NCBI GenBank assembly: GCA_022773825.1
Contig: JALFOF010000088.1
Location: 7,236-71,235, forward strand
From: Prevotella sp.
GTDB taxonomy: Bacteria; Bacteroidota; Bacteroidia; Bacteroidales; Bacteroidaceae
Length of the DNA: 64,000 nucleotides
Reading direction: 5' to 3'
In this document: positions 40,995-49,914 of the stretch, piece after piece
How positions within the stretch are numbered: position 1 is the first letter of the stretch
How the letters are laid out: every line of letters begins with the position of its first letter
Made by a program: the position numbers and the translations under genes
The notes under the pieces: generated by a model
Database searches by the model: none
What the model was told of the DNA's origin: nothing
Seen by the model: the letters and a program-made list of their open reading frames with translations, nothing else

Positions 40995-41561
40995 ATGGAC
41001 TACCAGAAGATAATAGACTATTATTTCCCCGAAGAGACAAACGGGGAACTGAGAAATATACTGCTGACACACAGTAAATGCGTGGCGGCAATGGCAATGG
41101 AGATATGCCTCAAGCATCCCGAGCTGAATACCGACTGCGCTTTCGTTTACGAGGCGGCGATGCTGCACGACATTGGCATCGTGAGATGCAACGCCGAAGG
41201 CATACACTGCTTCGGTCAAGAGCCCTACATACGCCACGGAATGATGGGGGCCAAGATGCTGGAGGAATATGCCAGCAAGTTCCTGCCATGCACAGACATC
41301 GCCCCCTATGCACGGGTTTGCGCCAGACACACCGGGACAGGACTAACGGCAAAGACGATAAAGGCACAAGGGCTGCCGCTGCCAGAGCAAGACTTCACAC
41401 CCGAGACGACAGAGGAGCAAATAATATGCTATGCAGACAAATTCTTCTCCAAGACAAAGCTCGACAAACGCAAGACGCTTGGCGAAGCAGAGAAATCATT
41501 GATGAAATTCGGCAAAGACGGCGTGGAGGTGTTCCGTAAATGGCATGAGACATTCGGGTAA
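40995..41561 (+). CDS. HD (HDIG) domain phosphohydrolase
   Basis: LLTHSKCVA, AAMLHDIG, YIRHG, RHTGTG, ICYADKF. Confidence 0.9.
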   Translation: MDYQKIIDYYFPEETNGELRNILLTHSKCVAAMAMEICLKHPELNTDCAFVYEAAMLHDIGIVRCNAEGIHCFGQEPYIRHGMMGAKMLEEYASKFLPCTDIAPYARVCARHTGTGLTAKTIKAQGLPLPEQDFTPETTEEQIICYADKFFSKTKLDKRKTLGEAEKSLMKFGKDGVEVFRKWHETFG

Positions 41562-41620
41562 GCACGTATGGAGAGAGTTGTTAGTGGTAGTTATATGGAG
41601 TTAAATTATAAAAAAAACGA

Positions 41621-41651
41621 TTTGCCCATCAATGGTTTTTTGTTACCTTTG
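41621..41651 (+). promoter_or_regulatory. Promoter of the ATPase-DUF4435 pair
   Basis: TTTG-N19-TACCTTTG. Confidence 0.7.
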
Positions 41652-41681
41652 CAGAATATAAGACACCTAACACCTCAGTGC

Positions 41682-42494
41682 ATGAAATACGCGGAGTACA
41701 TCAAACAGATAGAAATAGACTCACTATGGCGAGGCAGGAAGCACATAGTGTGGCAGCTCGACAGGCACATCAACGTGCTTAGCGGCGTGAACGGCGTGGG
41801 CAAGAGTACCATACTCAACAAGGTGGTGACACCACTGCTGATGGCTCACGGCAGGGTGGACAACGAGAACGGCGTACAGCTGCAACTGCATGAGGCTGAC
41901 GCGGAAGCCATACGCTTCGACATCGTAAGGTCGTTCGACCGTCCGCTGATAAGTTCCGACATCACAGCACGCCTCGATTTCAAGATTGCCACGGAGCTGG
42001 ACCTACAGCTCTTCAACCTGCAAAGACGCTATCTGGACTATCAGGTGAACCTTGGCAACAGGATTATCGAGATGCTGCAAAGCGGAAAACCTGACGCGCC
42101 GCAACTGGCGCAGAGACTATCGGAAAGCAAGAAGCAGTTTCACGACATCGTGGACAAGCTCTTTGAGGACACGAAGAAAAGCATCATACGCACCGAAAAC
42201 GAGATACGCTTCCATCAGATGGGCGAGGTGCTGATGCCCTACCAACTGTCGAGCGGCGAGAAACAGATGCTCGTCATACTCCTCACGGTACTGGTGGAAG
42301 ACCAGCAGCCATACGTGCTCTTCATGGACGAACCAGAGGTAAGCCTGCACATAGAGTGGCAAAAGCAGTTGCTAAGCATCATCATGCAACTCAACCCCAA
42401 CGTGCAGGTGATACTGACAACACACTCACCCGCCGTGATAATGGACGGGTGGACGGACAAGGTAACAGAGGTAAACGAAATAGAAGTAAAGTAA
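41682..42494 (+). CDS. ABC-type (AAA_15/AAA_21) ATPase, AriA-like
   Basis: GVNGVGKST Walker A, LSSGEKQ signature, LFMDEPEVSLH Walker B/D-loop, TTHSP H-loop; no TM partner gene. Confidence 0.88.
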   Translation: MKYAEYIKQIEIDSLWRGRKHIVWQLDRHINVLSGVNGVGKSTILNKVVTPLLMAHGRVDNENGVQLQLHEADAEAIRFDIVRSFDRPLISSDITARLDFKIATELDLQLFNLQRRYLDYQVNLGNRIIEMLQSGKPDAPQLAQRLSESKKQFHDIVDKLFEDTKKSIIRTENEIRFHQMGEVLMPYQLSSGEKQMLVILLTVLVEDQQPYVLFMDEPEVSLHIEWQKQLLSIIMQLNPNVQVILTTHSPAVIMDGWTDKVTEVNEIEVK

Positions 42495-43484
42495 ATGCCA
42501 CTGACTGACTACATATCCAGCGACTATGTAAACGCCGCCAACAAGCTGAAAGGCAAGAAGGCACGCAGGCGCATCGTGGCATACGTGGAGAGCTACGACG
42601 ACATTCTGTTCTGGAGAATGGCACTCAGTCAGTTTGAAGACGAGACACGCTATTTCGAAGTGATGCTGCCAAGCCGCACATCCCTCAACAAAGGCAAGAA
42701 ACAGGCGCTGCTGTCGATAATGAAACAAGGGGCGGGCAGCAACATGATGGCCTGCGTGGACGCGGACTACGACTTCTTAATACAAGGCGAGACATACCAG
42801 TCCGACTTCATGCTGAGCAACCCATACGTGGTACACACCTACGTGTATGCCATAGAGAACTACCAATGCTACGCCCCATCGCTGCACAACGTATGCGTCA
42901 TGGCTACGCTCAACGACCATTCCATCTTTGACTTCCTGGCATTCCTCACAGAATACAGCAGGATAATATTCCCACTCTTCGTATGGAGCGTAATGCTTTA
43001 CAAAAAACGAGAATACTCCAAGTTCTGCATAACAGACTTCAACAAGGTCATCGCGGTAAAACATTCACGCATACAAGACATGATGAACAACGTGGAAAGG
43101 GTAAGGCACAAGGTCAAAGTGAAACTGAATGACCTGCGCCGCCAATGTCCCGACAAGAAGGAAGACTACCTCAGGACAAAGCAAAGCCTGCTGCAACTCG
43201 GCGTAACACCAGAGACGACATACCTATACGTACAGGGACACCACCTCTTCGACACCGTGGTAGCACCAACAGTGCAGACAGTATGCGACGAGCTGCGACG
43301 AGAACGCGAGAGGGAGATAAGGGCAAAGGCACAGCACGTGGTGCAGCTACAGAACGAGCTGTCAGCATATAACAAATCACAAAGCGACATAGCCTCAATG
43401 CTGAAAAAGAACTTTGGTTACACCATGTCTGCACCATACCAAAGGATGCTGAAAGACATAGAGAGGATAATTAACAGCAAATAG
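42495..43484 (+). CDS. DUF4435 / TOPRIM-fold protein, AriB-like
   Basis: AYVESYDD, CVDADYD and YAIENY acidic motifs; starts at the base after the ATPase stop. Confidence 0.8.
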   Translation: MPLTDYISSDYVNAANKLKGKKARRRIVAYVESYDDILFWRMALSQFEDETRYFEVMLPSRTSLNKGKKQALLSIMKQGAGSNMMACVDADYDFLIQGETYQSDFMLSNPYVVHTYVYAIENYQCYAPSLHNVCVMATLNDHSIFDFLAFLTEYSRIIFPLFVWSVMLYKKREYSKFCITDFNKVIAVKHSRIQDMMNNVERVRHKVKVKLNDLRRQCPDKKEDYLRTKQSLLQLGVTPETTYLYVQGHHLFDTVVAPTVQTVCDELRREREREIRAKAQHVVQLQNELSAYNKSQSDIASMLKKNFGYTMSAPYQRMLKDIERIINSK

Positions 43485-43593
43485 TGGTTTGGTGGTTTAG
43501 TTATATGTAATGAAGTTATACACTCCGCTCGACCTCCAGTCGCTTGCCAAAGGCAAGAAACCACTCGCTCGGCGGCACAGCAAAAAAAAACTC

Positions 43594-43676
43594 GCCCCTA
43601 AAAGGGGCATATATCTATAGGATAGGGGCTCGTCCCTATCATCGAATGTTTACTTCCCCATGCCCCTGTAAGGGGC
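43594..43676. repeat. REP-like triple hairpin
   Basis: GCCCCTAAAAGGGGC, GATAGGGGCTCGTCCCTATC, GCCCCTGTAAGGGGC. Confidence 0.65.
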
Positions 43677-43699
43677 TAATACAACAAAAACAACGAACA

Positions 43700-44878
43700 A
43701 TGATAGATTTCACCTTTTATTCCCCGACAGAATTTGTGTTCGGCAAGAACACCGAAGAAAAGACAGGACAGTTGGCACTACGCTACGGCGCAAGCAAGGC
43801 GCTGGTGATTTACGGCGGCGGCAGCGCCGTTAAAAGCGGGCTGCTCGGCAGAGTGGAGAACGCTTTGCAAGCACAGGGCATCACCACCGTGCTGATGGGA
43901 GGAGTGAGACCCAACCCAACAGACAGCAAAGTATATGAAGGCATAGAGACAGTGAAGAGAGAGGACACTGACTTCATAATAGCCGTAGGAGGCGGCTCCG
44001 TAATAGACACAGCCAAAGCGATAGCTTGCGGAGTGAAGTACGATGGTGACTTCTGGGACTTCTTCATCGGCAAGGCGCAAGTAGCGGAAGCACTCCCCGT
44101 AGGCGTAGTGCTCACCATACCAGCGGCTGGCTCAGAAGGCTCCGGCAACGCTGTCATCACAAAAGAGTCCACACAGCAAAAACTGGGCATAAAGCATCCA
44201 ATGACATTACGCCCCAAGTTCGCCATAATGAACCCAGAGCTTACCATGACACTGCCAGCATGGCAGACAGCCTCCGGCATCTGCGACATGATGATACACA
44301 TCCTTGAACGCTACTTCACCAATACGGAAGACACCGAGATAGGCGACCGTATGTGCGAGGGAGTGCTGACAGCCATAATCAACGAGGGACGCAAAGTGAT
44401 GGAAAACCCAATGGACTACGGTGCGAGAGCCAATATCATGTGGAGCGGCATGGTAGCACATAACGGCACCTGCGGAGTAGGATGCGTAGAAGACTGGAGC
44501 AGCCATCAGCTGGAACACGAAGTGAGCGCGATGTACGATGTAACACATGGCGCGGGACTCGCTGTAATAACGCCAGCCTACATGACCTTCATGGCAAAGC
44601 ACCACCCCGCACGCATAGCTCAGTTCGCAGTTCGCGTGATGGGGGTAACACAAGATTTCGGCAACGAGGAAGCCATCGCGATGGAAGGCGTCAGACGCTT
44701 TAAGGCCTTCCTGCACGATGACCTCAAGCTGCCCGTTACATTCAATCAATTAGGTATAGAAAACCCCGACATTCCCGAAATGGTAAAGCGCCTGCACAAC
44801 AACAAAGGCACGAAATTCGGATTCTTCTACCCCATCACACCAGAGGTAAGCGAAGAAATATACAAGCTGGGGATGTAG
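43700..44878 (+). CDS. Iron-containing alcohol (butanol) dehydrogenase
   Basis: FYSPTEFVFGK, YGGGSA, AVGGGSVIDTAK, TIPAAGSE, HQLEHE...HGAGL. Confidence 0.93.
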   Translation: MIDFTFYSPTEFVFGKNTEEKTGQLALRYGASKALVIYGGGSAVKSGLLGRVENALQAQGITTVLMGGVRPNPTDSKVYEGIETVKREDTDFIIAVGGGSVIDTAKAIACGVKYDGDFWDFFIGKAQVAEALPVGVVLTIPAAGSEGSGNAVITKESTQQKLGIKHPMTLRPKFAIMNPELTMTLPAWQTASGICDMMIHILERYFTNTEDTEIGDRMCEGVLTAIINEGRKVMENPMDYGARANIMWSGMVAHNGTCGVGCVEDWSSHQLEHEVSAMYDVTHGAGLAVITPAYMTFMAKHHPARIAQFAVRVMGVTQDFGNEEAIAMEGVRRFKAFLHDDLKLPVTFNQLGIENPDIPEMVKRLHNNKGTKFGFFYPITPEVSEEIYKLGM

Positions 44879-44925
44879 GTATCTTGCCCCCTCCCATGCG
44901 GAGGAAGATTACTAAAGACAAAAAC

Positions 44926-46617
44926 ATGGACAACAACGAACAGATTAACATGGAGACTCCAAGTGCGGAACCTCCAAAGGCAACGCCCAAGAAAGCAAGA
45001 AGGAAGACTGCGCAGAAGCAAGCTGGCGAAACACAAGAAACAGTAAAGAAGACAGCACGCAAACCGCGAGCGCAGAAGACGACCAAGAGTAAAACACCGG
45101 CAGAGGGCAACGCGGAACAGAAAGAAAAGACAGAAGAAAAACAAGCGGAAGAGACCATAAAAGAGTCTAAAGCCATACAACAGCAACCCGCAACAAAGGA
45201 AGACAAGCAAGAAGCTACTCTGCTGGCACAAGCCGAACAGGCAACAGCCACACCGTCGCAAACCGACAACGCACGCCCCTCAGAAGCGAAACAGGAGCAG
45301 AAAATACCGTCACTGCCATCCATACAAATCAACAACATCGTAGAGCTGGCACAAGCCCCCATGCGCAGCATCGTCCTCACAGACCAGCAGATACAGCAGC
45401 TCACGATGGAGGAGATAAAGAAACGCCACCACTTCCTTGAAGAAACACTGGCAAACGTATTGGACTACGACGTGGTAATCAGCGACACCAACATCTGGCT
45501 GGAGTTGCTCATCGGCTACACATCAAGCCACTCCGACCCACGCTTCAACGCCCGCCTACAGTTTGAACGCCAGTTAGAGTTTATCTCAAAACTGACACAC
45601 CACCGCGGAGGACGCTTCCTGATAATGGGCGAGACATACGAGGAAATAGACCGCTTCGCCGCCATGCAAGACCCCTCCAACCACCGCGACGCAGACTTCA
45701 CCGACAGCGTGGTATGCCTTAACACCGCCGCACGGCTCGCCAAGCGACTCATCCTCGCACAGCAGCGCGAGAACCGCCTGCGCATCGACGGCGTATGCGC
45801 CGAGTCACACCACGCCTCATTTGCCGACCCCGCCATCATCAGGAAGGTAGCAGACCTCTTCGCCGAGGGAAAGAAAGTGCTATTGCTCACGAACGACGCG
45901 TCAGTAGGTATAAGAGCCATGGGTATCTGCGACGACCTGCAACGCCATAACAACATATCAGACGCGGAATGGGATGAGCTCTACGCCCCATTGCGCCCAA
46001 TGGTCTTCACCTTTGACGACCTCAAGCAACTCGACTTCTACACACGCCAATACCATTACATACAGATGGCGGCAGGCGCACAATGGATGGAAGACATCCC
46101 CCATAGCACCCATCGCAACCGCCCAGCCCCCCTCGCACTCTGGATGGACGCCTTCCGCCCTGGCGACAAGCATCGCGGCGACAACCTTTTCACCGAACAA
46201 GAGAAGCAGACGCAGCAGAAACAGAAAATCCAGAAACAGCAAGAACAGCAAAAAAAGCAACTGGCACAACTTGAACAGCAGAAGAAACAAAACGCTCGGA
46301 ACGCAGTGACACTTCTTTGCAAGCAAAGCGACCAAAGGTCGAGCGCACCCAGCGAAGAACCCCAACAACAGAAGAAACAAGGACAGCAGAAACAACAAAA
46401 GAAGGCTGACCCCACACCTGCCGCTTCGGAAGAGCAGCCAAAAACGAACAATCCCACCCCACTGACCGAGCAAACACTTACAGAAACACCACCTGTAACA
46501 ACAGATAAGAAGGACGAGCAGAAACCAACCGCGCGCAGCCGCCGCAAGCCACAGCGCAACCGTCGCGGCAATACCGAAAAGACAGTTGAGCCCACCGAAA
46601 CAACAGTTGACGCATAA
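44926..46617 (+). CDS. PIN-domain protein with long low-complexity N- and C-terminal arms
   Basis: VVISDTNIWL, ETYEEID, ADPAII, LLLTNDASVGIRA; K/E/Q/T/P-rich flanks. Confidence 0.7.
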   Translation: MDNNEQINMETPSAEPPKATPKKARRKTAQKQAGETQETVKKTARKPRAQKTTKSKTPAEGNAEQKEKTEEKQAEETIKESKAIQQQPATKEDKQEATLLAQAEQATATPSQTDNARPSEAKQEQKIPSLPSIQINNIVELAQAPMRSIVLTDQQIQQLTMEEIKKRHHFLEETLANVLDYDVVISDTNIWLELLIGYTSSHSDPRFNARLQFERQLEFISKLTHHRGGRFLIMGETYEEIDRFAAMQDPSNHRDADFTDSVVCLNTAARLAKRLILAQQRENRLRIDGVCAESHHASFADPAIIRKVADLFAEGKKVLLLTNDASVGIRAMGICDDLQRHNNISDAEWDELYAPLRPMVFTFDDLKQLDFYTRQYHYIQMAAGAQWMEDIPHSTHRNRPAPLALWMDAFRPGDKHRGDNLFTEQEKQTQQKQKIQKQQEQQKKQLAQLEQQKKQNARNAVTLLCKQSDQRSSAPSEEPQQQKKQGQQKQQKKADPTPAASEEQPKTNNPTPLTEQTLTETPPVTTDKKDEQKPTARSRRKPQRNRRGNTEKTVEPTETTVDA

Positions 46618-46653
46618 TAAGAACCCTATTTCGCAAAAAAAATCGTCAAAACA

Positions 46654-46685
46654 TTTGGTGATATAAAAAAAAATATCTACCTTTG
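46654..46685 (+). promoter_or_regulatory. tRNA promoter
   Basis: TTTG-N20-TACCTTTG. Confidence 0.8.
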
Positions 46686-46715
46686 CACCGCAATTAGGAA
46701 ATGACACTCTGAAAC

Positions 46716-46789
46716 GGTGCGTTAGTTCAGTTGGTTAGAATGCCAGCCTGTCACGCTGGAGGTCACGGGTCCGAGTCCCGTACGCACCG
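46716..46789 (+). tRNA. tRNA-Asp(GTC)
   Basis: Acceptor GGTGCGT/ACGCACC plus discriminator G, D-arm TAGTTCAGTTGGTTAGAAT, anticodon arm CCAGC-CTGTCAC-GCTGG, T-arm ACGGG-TCCGAGT-CCCGT; CCA not encoded. Confidence 0.97.
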
Positions 46790-46804
46790 CTGAACACACA
46801 ACCA

Positions 46805-46846
46805 AAAGAGCCAGATGAAATAACTTCATTTGGCTCTTTGTTATTT
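46805..46846 (+). terminator. Intrinsic terminator after the tRNA
   Basis: AAAGAGCCAGATGAA-ATAAC-TTCATTTGGCTCTTT followed by GTTATTT. Confidence 0.7.
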
Positions 46847-46916
46847 TAGTCGTATAGTTGTTTAATTGTTTAGTTAGATATCTCAGAGCGCAGCCTTTCG
46901 CCTTACATACAAACCG

Positions 46917-46975
46917 CTCGGCTCTGCCGCTTCTTGCTAAGGCAAGCGACTAAAGTCGAGCGGCAAAGCAAGAAC
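46917..46975 (+). repeat. 59-bp branched palindrome (family B core)
   Basis: 58/59 identical to the reverse complement of 52059-52117. Confidence 0.9.
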
Positions 46976-47086
46976 TAAATCACGATAATGGCAAGCAGGA
47001 TAATTACTGTATATTATGTTCAAACGACAGAATTGATAAAAAAATGCAAATCTGAGATATAATTAAGGAAAATTCACCTCTCAATA

Positions 47087-47117
47087 TTTGCCGTACAAAA
47101 TAAATTACGTATCTTTG
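47087..47117 (+). promoter_or_regulatory. Rubrerythrin promoter
   Basis: TTTG-N19-TATCTTTG. Confidence 0.7.
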
Positions 47118-47193
47118 CATCGACAAAAAACAAAACACATGCCCAAACACAACAATAACACATATTTTATTAACACTTAATCTCAGAAACATT

Positions 47194-47751
47194 ATGAACA
47201 AAAAATTCATCTGTACCGTCTGCGGTTACATCTACGAAGGTCCAACACCACCAGAGCAGTGCCCACAGTGCAAAGTTCCCGCATCAAAATTCAAAGAGTT
47301 AGAAGAGACTTCCGGCGGCATCCAGTTCGTTCAGGAGCACGTCATCGGTATCGCCAAGGATTACGGCGTTGACGAGGAAATGATTAAAGACCTCAACGCA
47401 CACTTCAACGGAGAATGCACAGAGGTAGGCATGTATCTCGCTATGAGCCGTCAGGCTGACCGCGAAGGCTATCCAGAGGTGGCAGAAGCATTCAAGCGTT
47501 ACGCATGGGAAGAAGCTGAGCATGCAGCTAAGTTCGCAGAGTTGCTGGGCGATGTAGTATGGGACACGAAGACAAACCTTGAGAAGCGCATGAACGCAGA
47601 GGCTGGTGCCTGCGAGGACAAGTTCCGCATTGCGAAGAATGCGAAAGATAAGAACTGGGACGCTATCCACGACACCGTGCACGAGATGGCGAAGGACGAG
47701 GCACGCCACGGCAAGGGCTTCGAAGGACTGTACAACAGGTATTTCAAGTAA
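47194..47751 (+). CDS. rbr: Reverse rubrerythrin (NADH peroxidase)
   Basis: N-terminal CTVCGY...CPQC rubredoxin domain, then di-iron motifs EEAEH and DEARH. Confidence 0.93.
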   Translation: MNKKFICTVCGYIYEGPTPPEQCPQCKVPASKFKELEETSGGIQFVQEHVIGIAKDYGVDEEMIKDLNAHFNGECTEVGMYLAMSRQADREGYPEVAEAFKRYAWEEAEHAAKFAELLGDVVWDTKTNLEKRMNAEAGACEDKFRIAKNAKDKNWDAIHDTVHEMAKDEARHGKGFEGLYNRYFK

Positions 47752-47897
47752 TTCTGCGTTATAGAGGCTTAGGAGGTGCTAAGGAAGCACCATGACAGGC
47801 ATCAAGGCATGGGGCGCTATAACGCTCCAAGCCTTTAGACAAACAACAACAAACTGTCTAATCACCAAACCACTAAACGACAAAATCAACATACTGA

Positions 47898-49172
47898 GTG
47901 AAAAGGTTCATACCTATTATAATTATTTCATCTATCATCATCGTCTCTGCTCTACGCGCCTGCCGGAGTAGAGACGATGCCGTTTCTGGCGCTTCAACGA
48001 CAGAAGCGCAACAGAAGCCGATAGATAAAGCATTGATGTCGCGAACAGACTCCTTCATATCCGCGCAGAAAGCCGTTGGCACTTTGGGACTTATGCTCTA
48101 TGACCTCACTGCCGAACGCTGCGTATATGCCTATCGCGCAGACGTACCCATGCGCCCCGCATCGTGCATGAAGCTACTATCATGCATAGCAGCATTGCGC
48201 AAAGCCGGCACCAGATACGAATACCGCACACGCCTGTACACCGCCGGTCGCATGGAGAAGGACACTCTTTACGGAAATCTAATCCTTAAAACACAGTTCG
48301 ACCCCTTCTTCAACCGCGACAGTCTCCATGTGCTACTCGGCACCCTGAAACAGAAGAACATCAAGGCAATAAAAGGAAAGATAGTACTCGACATGGCTTT
48401 CATCGAGCCAATGAACCATGAGCAACACTGGACCATGGGTGACTTGAAGGTAAACCGCATGGGACTGATATACCATGGGTATAGGAAGATGCGCACAGAA
48501 ACCCTATATGCACTGCAGGCTATTGGAGCAAAGGTTCACAAAGACAGCATCGTCTTTGGAAGACTCGTCCCACGCAAGGCTACTCAGATAGGCGAGATAC
48601 GCACTCCAATACACTTCGTCGTAGAAAAAGCATTGAAGAACTCCTCCAACATCAACGCAGAATCGCTGATGTACCTTCTTGGCTACACCGTGCACACTGG
48701 CGGCAATTTCCGCAAGAACGGCATTGTTGCGTTGAGGAGATTTGTTAGCGACGAACTGGGAATGGACCCGTCCAAGGTCTGCAATATAGAAGATGGCTGC
48801 GGCTTATGTCCCGACGACAGGCTCACGCCAGAGTTACTCATCGCCTTGCTCAACTATGCGTACAAGCACCCAGCCATATACAATGAAGTGCTGGCGAGCC
48901 TGCCACTCTCTGGCACTGACGGCACACTGTACGACCGTCTGCGTAAACCTAACGTGCTCGGTAAGGTGAGAGCTAAGACGGGCACACTGACACGCGAAGG
49001 CGGGATAAGCACATTGGCTGGCTACTACACAGGAAATGACGGGCACCTGATGGCCTTCTGCGTTATGAACAACGAGTGCCCTGTGATGGATGGACGCTGG
49101 TGGCAAGACAGATTCTGCGAAAAAGTACTACTACCAGCAATGTCACGGTCAGCAGGGCACAAAAAAAATTGA
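47898..49172 (+). CDS. dacB: D-Ala-D-Ala carboxypeptidase/endopeptidase (PBP4, S13)
   Basis: PASCMK (SxxK), KNSSN (SxN), AKTGTL (KTG), GTDGTL. Confidence 0.92.
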   Translation: MKRFIPIIIISSIIIVSALRACRSRDDAVSGASTTEAQQKPIDKALMSRTDSFISAQKAVGTLGLMLYDLTAERCVYAYRADVPMRPASCMKLLSCIAALRKAGTRYEYRTRLYTAGRMEKDTLYGNLILKTQFDPFFNRDSLHVLLGTLKQKNIKAIKGKIVLDMAFIEPMNHEQHWTMGDLKVNRMGLIYHGYRKMRTETLYALQAIGAKVHKDSIVFGRLVPRKATQIGEIRTPIHFVVEKALKNSSNINAESLMYLLGYTVHTGGNFRKNGIVALRRFVSDELGMDPSKVCNIEDGCGLCPDDRLTPELLIALLNYAYKHPAIYNEVLASLPLSGTDGTLYDRLRKPNVLGKVRAKTGTLTREGGISTLAGYYTGNDGHLMAFCVMNNECPVMDGRWWQDRFCEKVLLPAMSRSAGHKKN

Positions 49173-49228
49173 TTGTCTCACGACAACCAATCTTCATTAA
49201 CCTTAATAATCTAATACCATGAAAAACT
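49161..49228 (-). ncRNA. Putative ~68-nt small RNA
   Basis: Own promoter (CTTG 49262-49265, N20, TAACTTTG 49234-49241) and own terminator (ATTGGTTGTC-GTGA-GACAATCAAT then a T run). Confidence 0.65.
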
Positions 49229-49290
49229 TTTTGCAAAGTTACGATTTAGTTCTGTAACCTGCAAGATTTCATGGAGAAAGAATGATGTAA

Positions 49291-49911
49291 TTAATTTATT
49301 TTATACGTTTTACCGTCCCATTTTAGTTTTCTTTGCGTCAAAATAGCTTGCAAACGTGTCTTGTCTTCCTTTGACGTCATTGGCACATTCTGCTGCAACA
49401 CCAGAGTTTCGGCATCAGAGAAATGCGCTTCCACCATACGAAACTCTATCAGTTTCTCCAGCTCCGCGAAGTTCTCTTGGCTCATAGTGTCAGGACGCTG
49501 AAGCAATGTCACGTCATCGAAGACTACGTCAGCCACCTTTTCCCACACATTATTATATATATACGCCACCGTTTCCCTCTCTGGGACAGCGACAGTGCGC
49601 AGCAGACAATAGAGGCTGTCGCCGTTAACCGTAGCGACCCTCGCCATCTCTATCGTCAGCGTACTGTCTATCTTCAACTCCATCAACTCTGTCTCGCAAC
49701 GGTTCAGCGTCACATCGCGTTCAAAATGTGAGTGTAACACGGCAGCAGTAGAGTCGTCTAACCGCTTGAGATTTCTCAGTTCGGCACGCTGGTTCTTGTC
49801 AAGATACGGGAAGATACTGTCAGGAATGTTGACAAACATATCGCCGACACTCTGCGCTTGAGCGGCATACGTGGCAACCGCCATCACGAAAGTAAACAGA
49901 AACCTATACAT
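49291..49911 (-). CDS. DUF3256-like exported protein
   Basis: Signal peptide, FVNIPDSIFPYLDKNQR, terminal LKWDG. Confidence 0.7.
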   Translation of the reverse strand: MYRFLFTFVMAVATYAAQAQSVGDMFVNIPDSIFPYLDKNQRAELRNLKRLDDSTAAVLHSHFERDVTLNRCETELMELKIDSTLTIEMARVATVNGDSLYCLLRTVAVPERETVAYIYNNVWEKVADVVFDDVTLLQRPDTMSQENFAELEKLIEFRMVEAHFSDAETLVLQQNVPMTSKEDKTRLQAILTQRKLKWDGKTYKIN

Positions 49912-49914
49912 GAT

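Noticed and set aside
46716-46789. tRNA-Asp as the attachment site of an integrated element
   Set aside because: No integrase and no duplicated tRNA 3' end seen.
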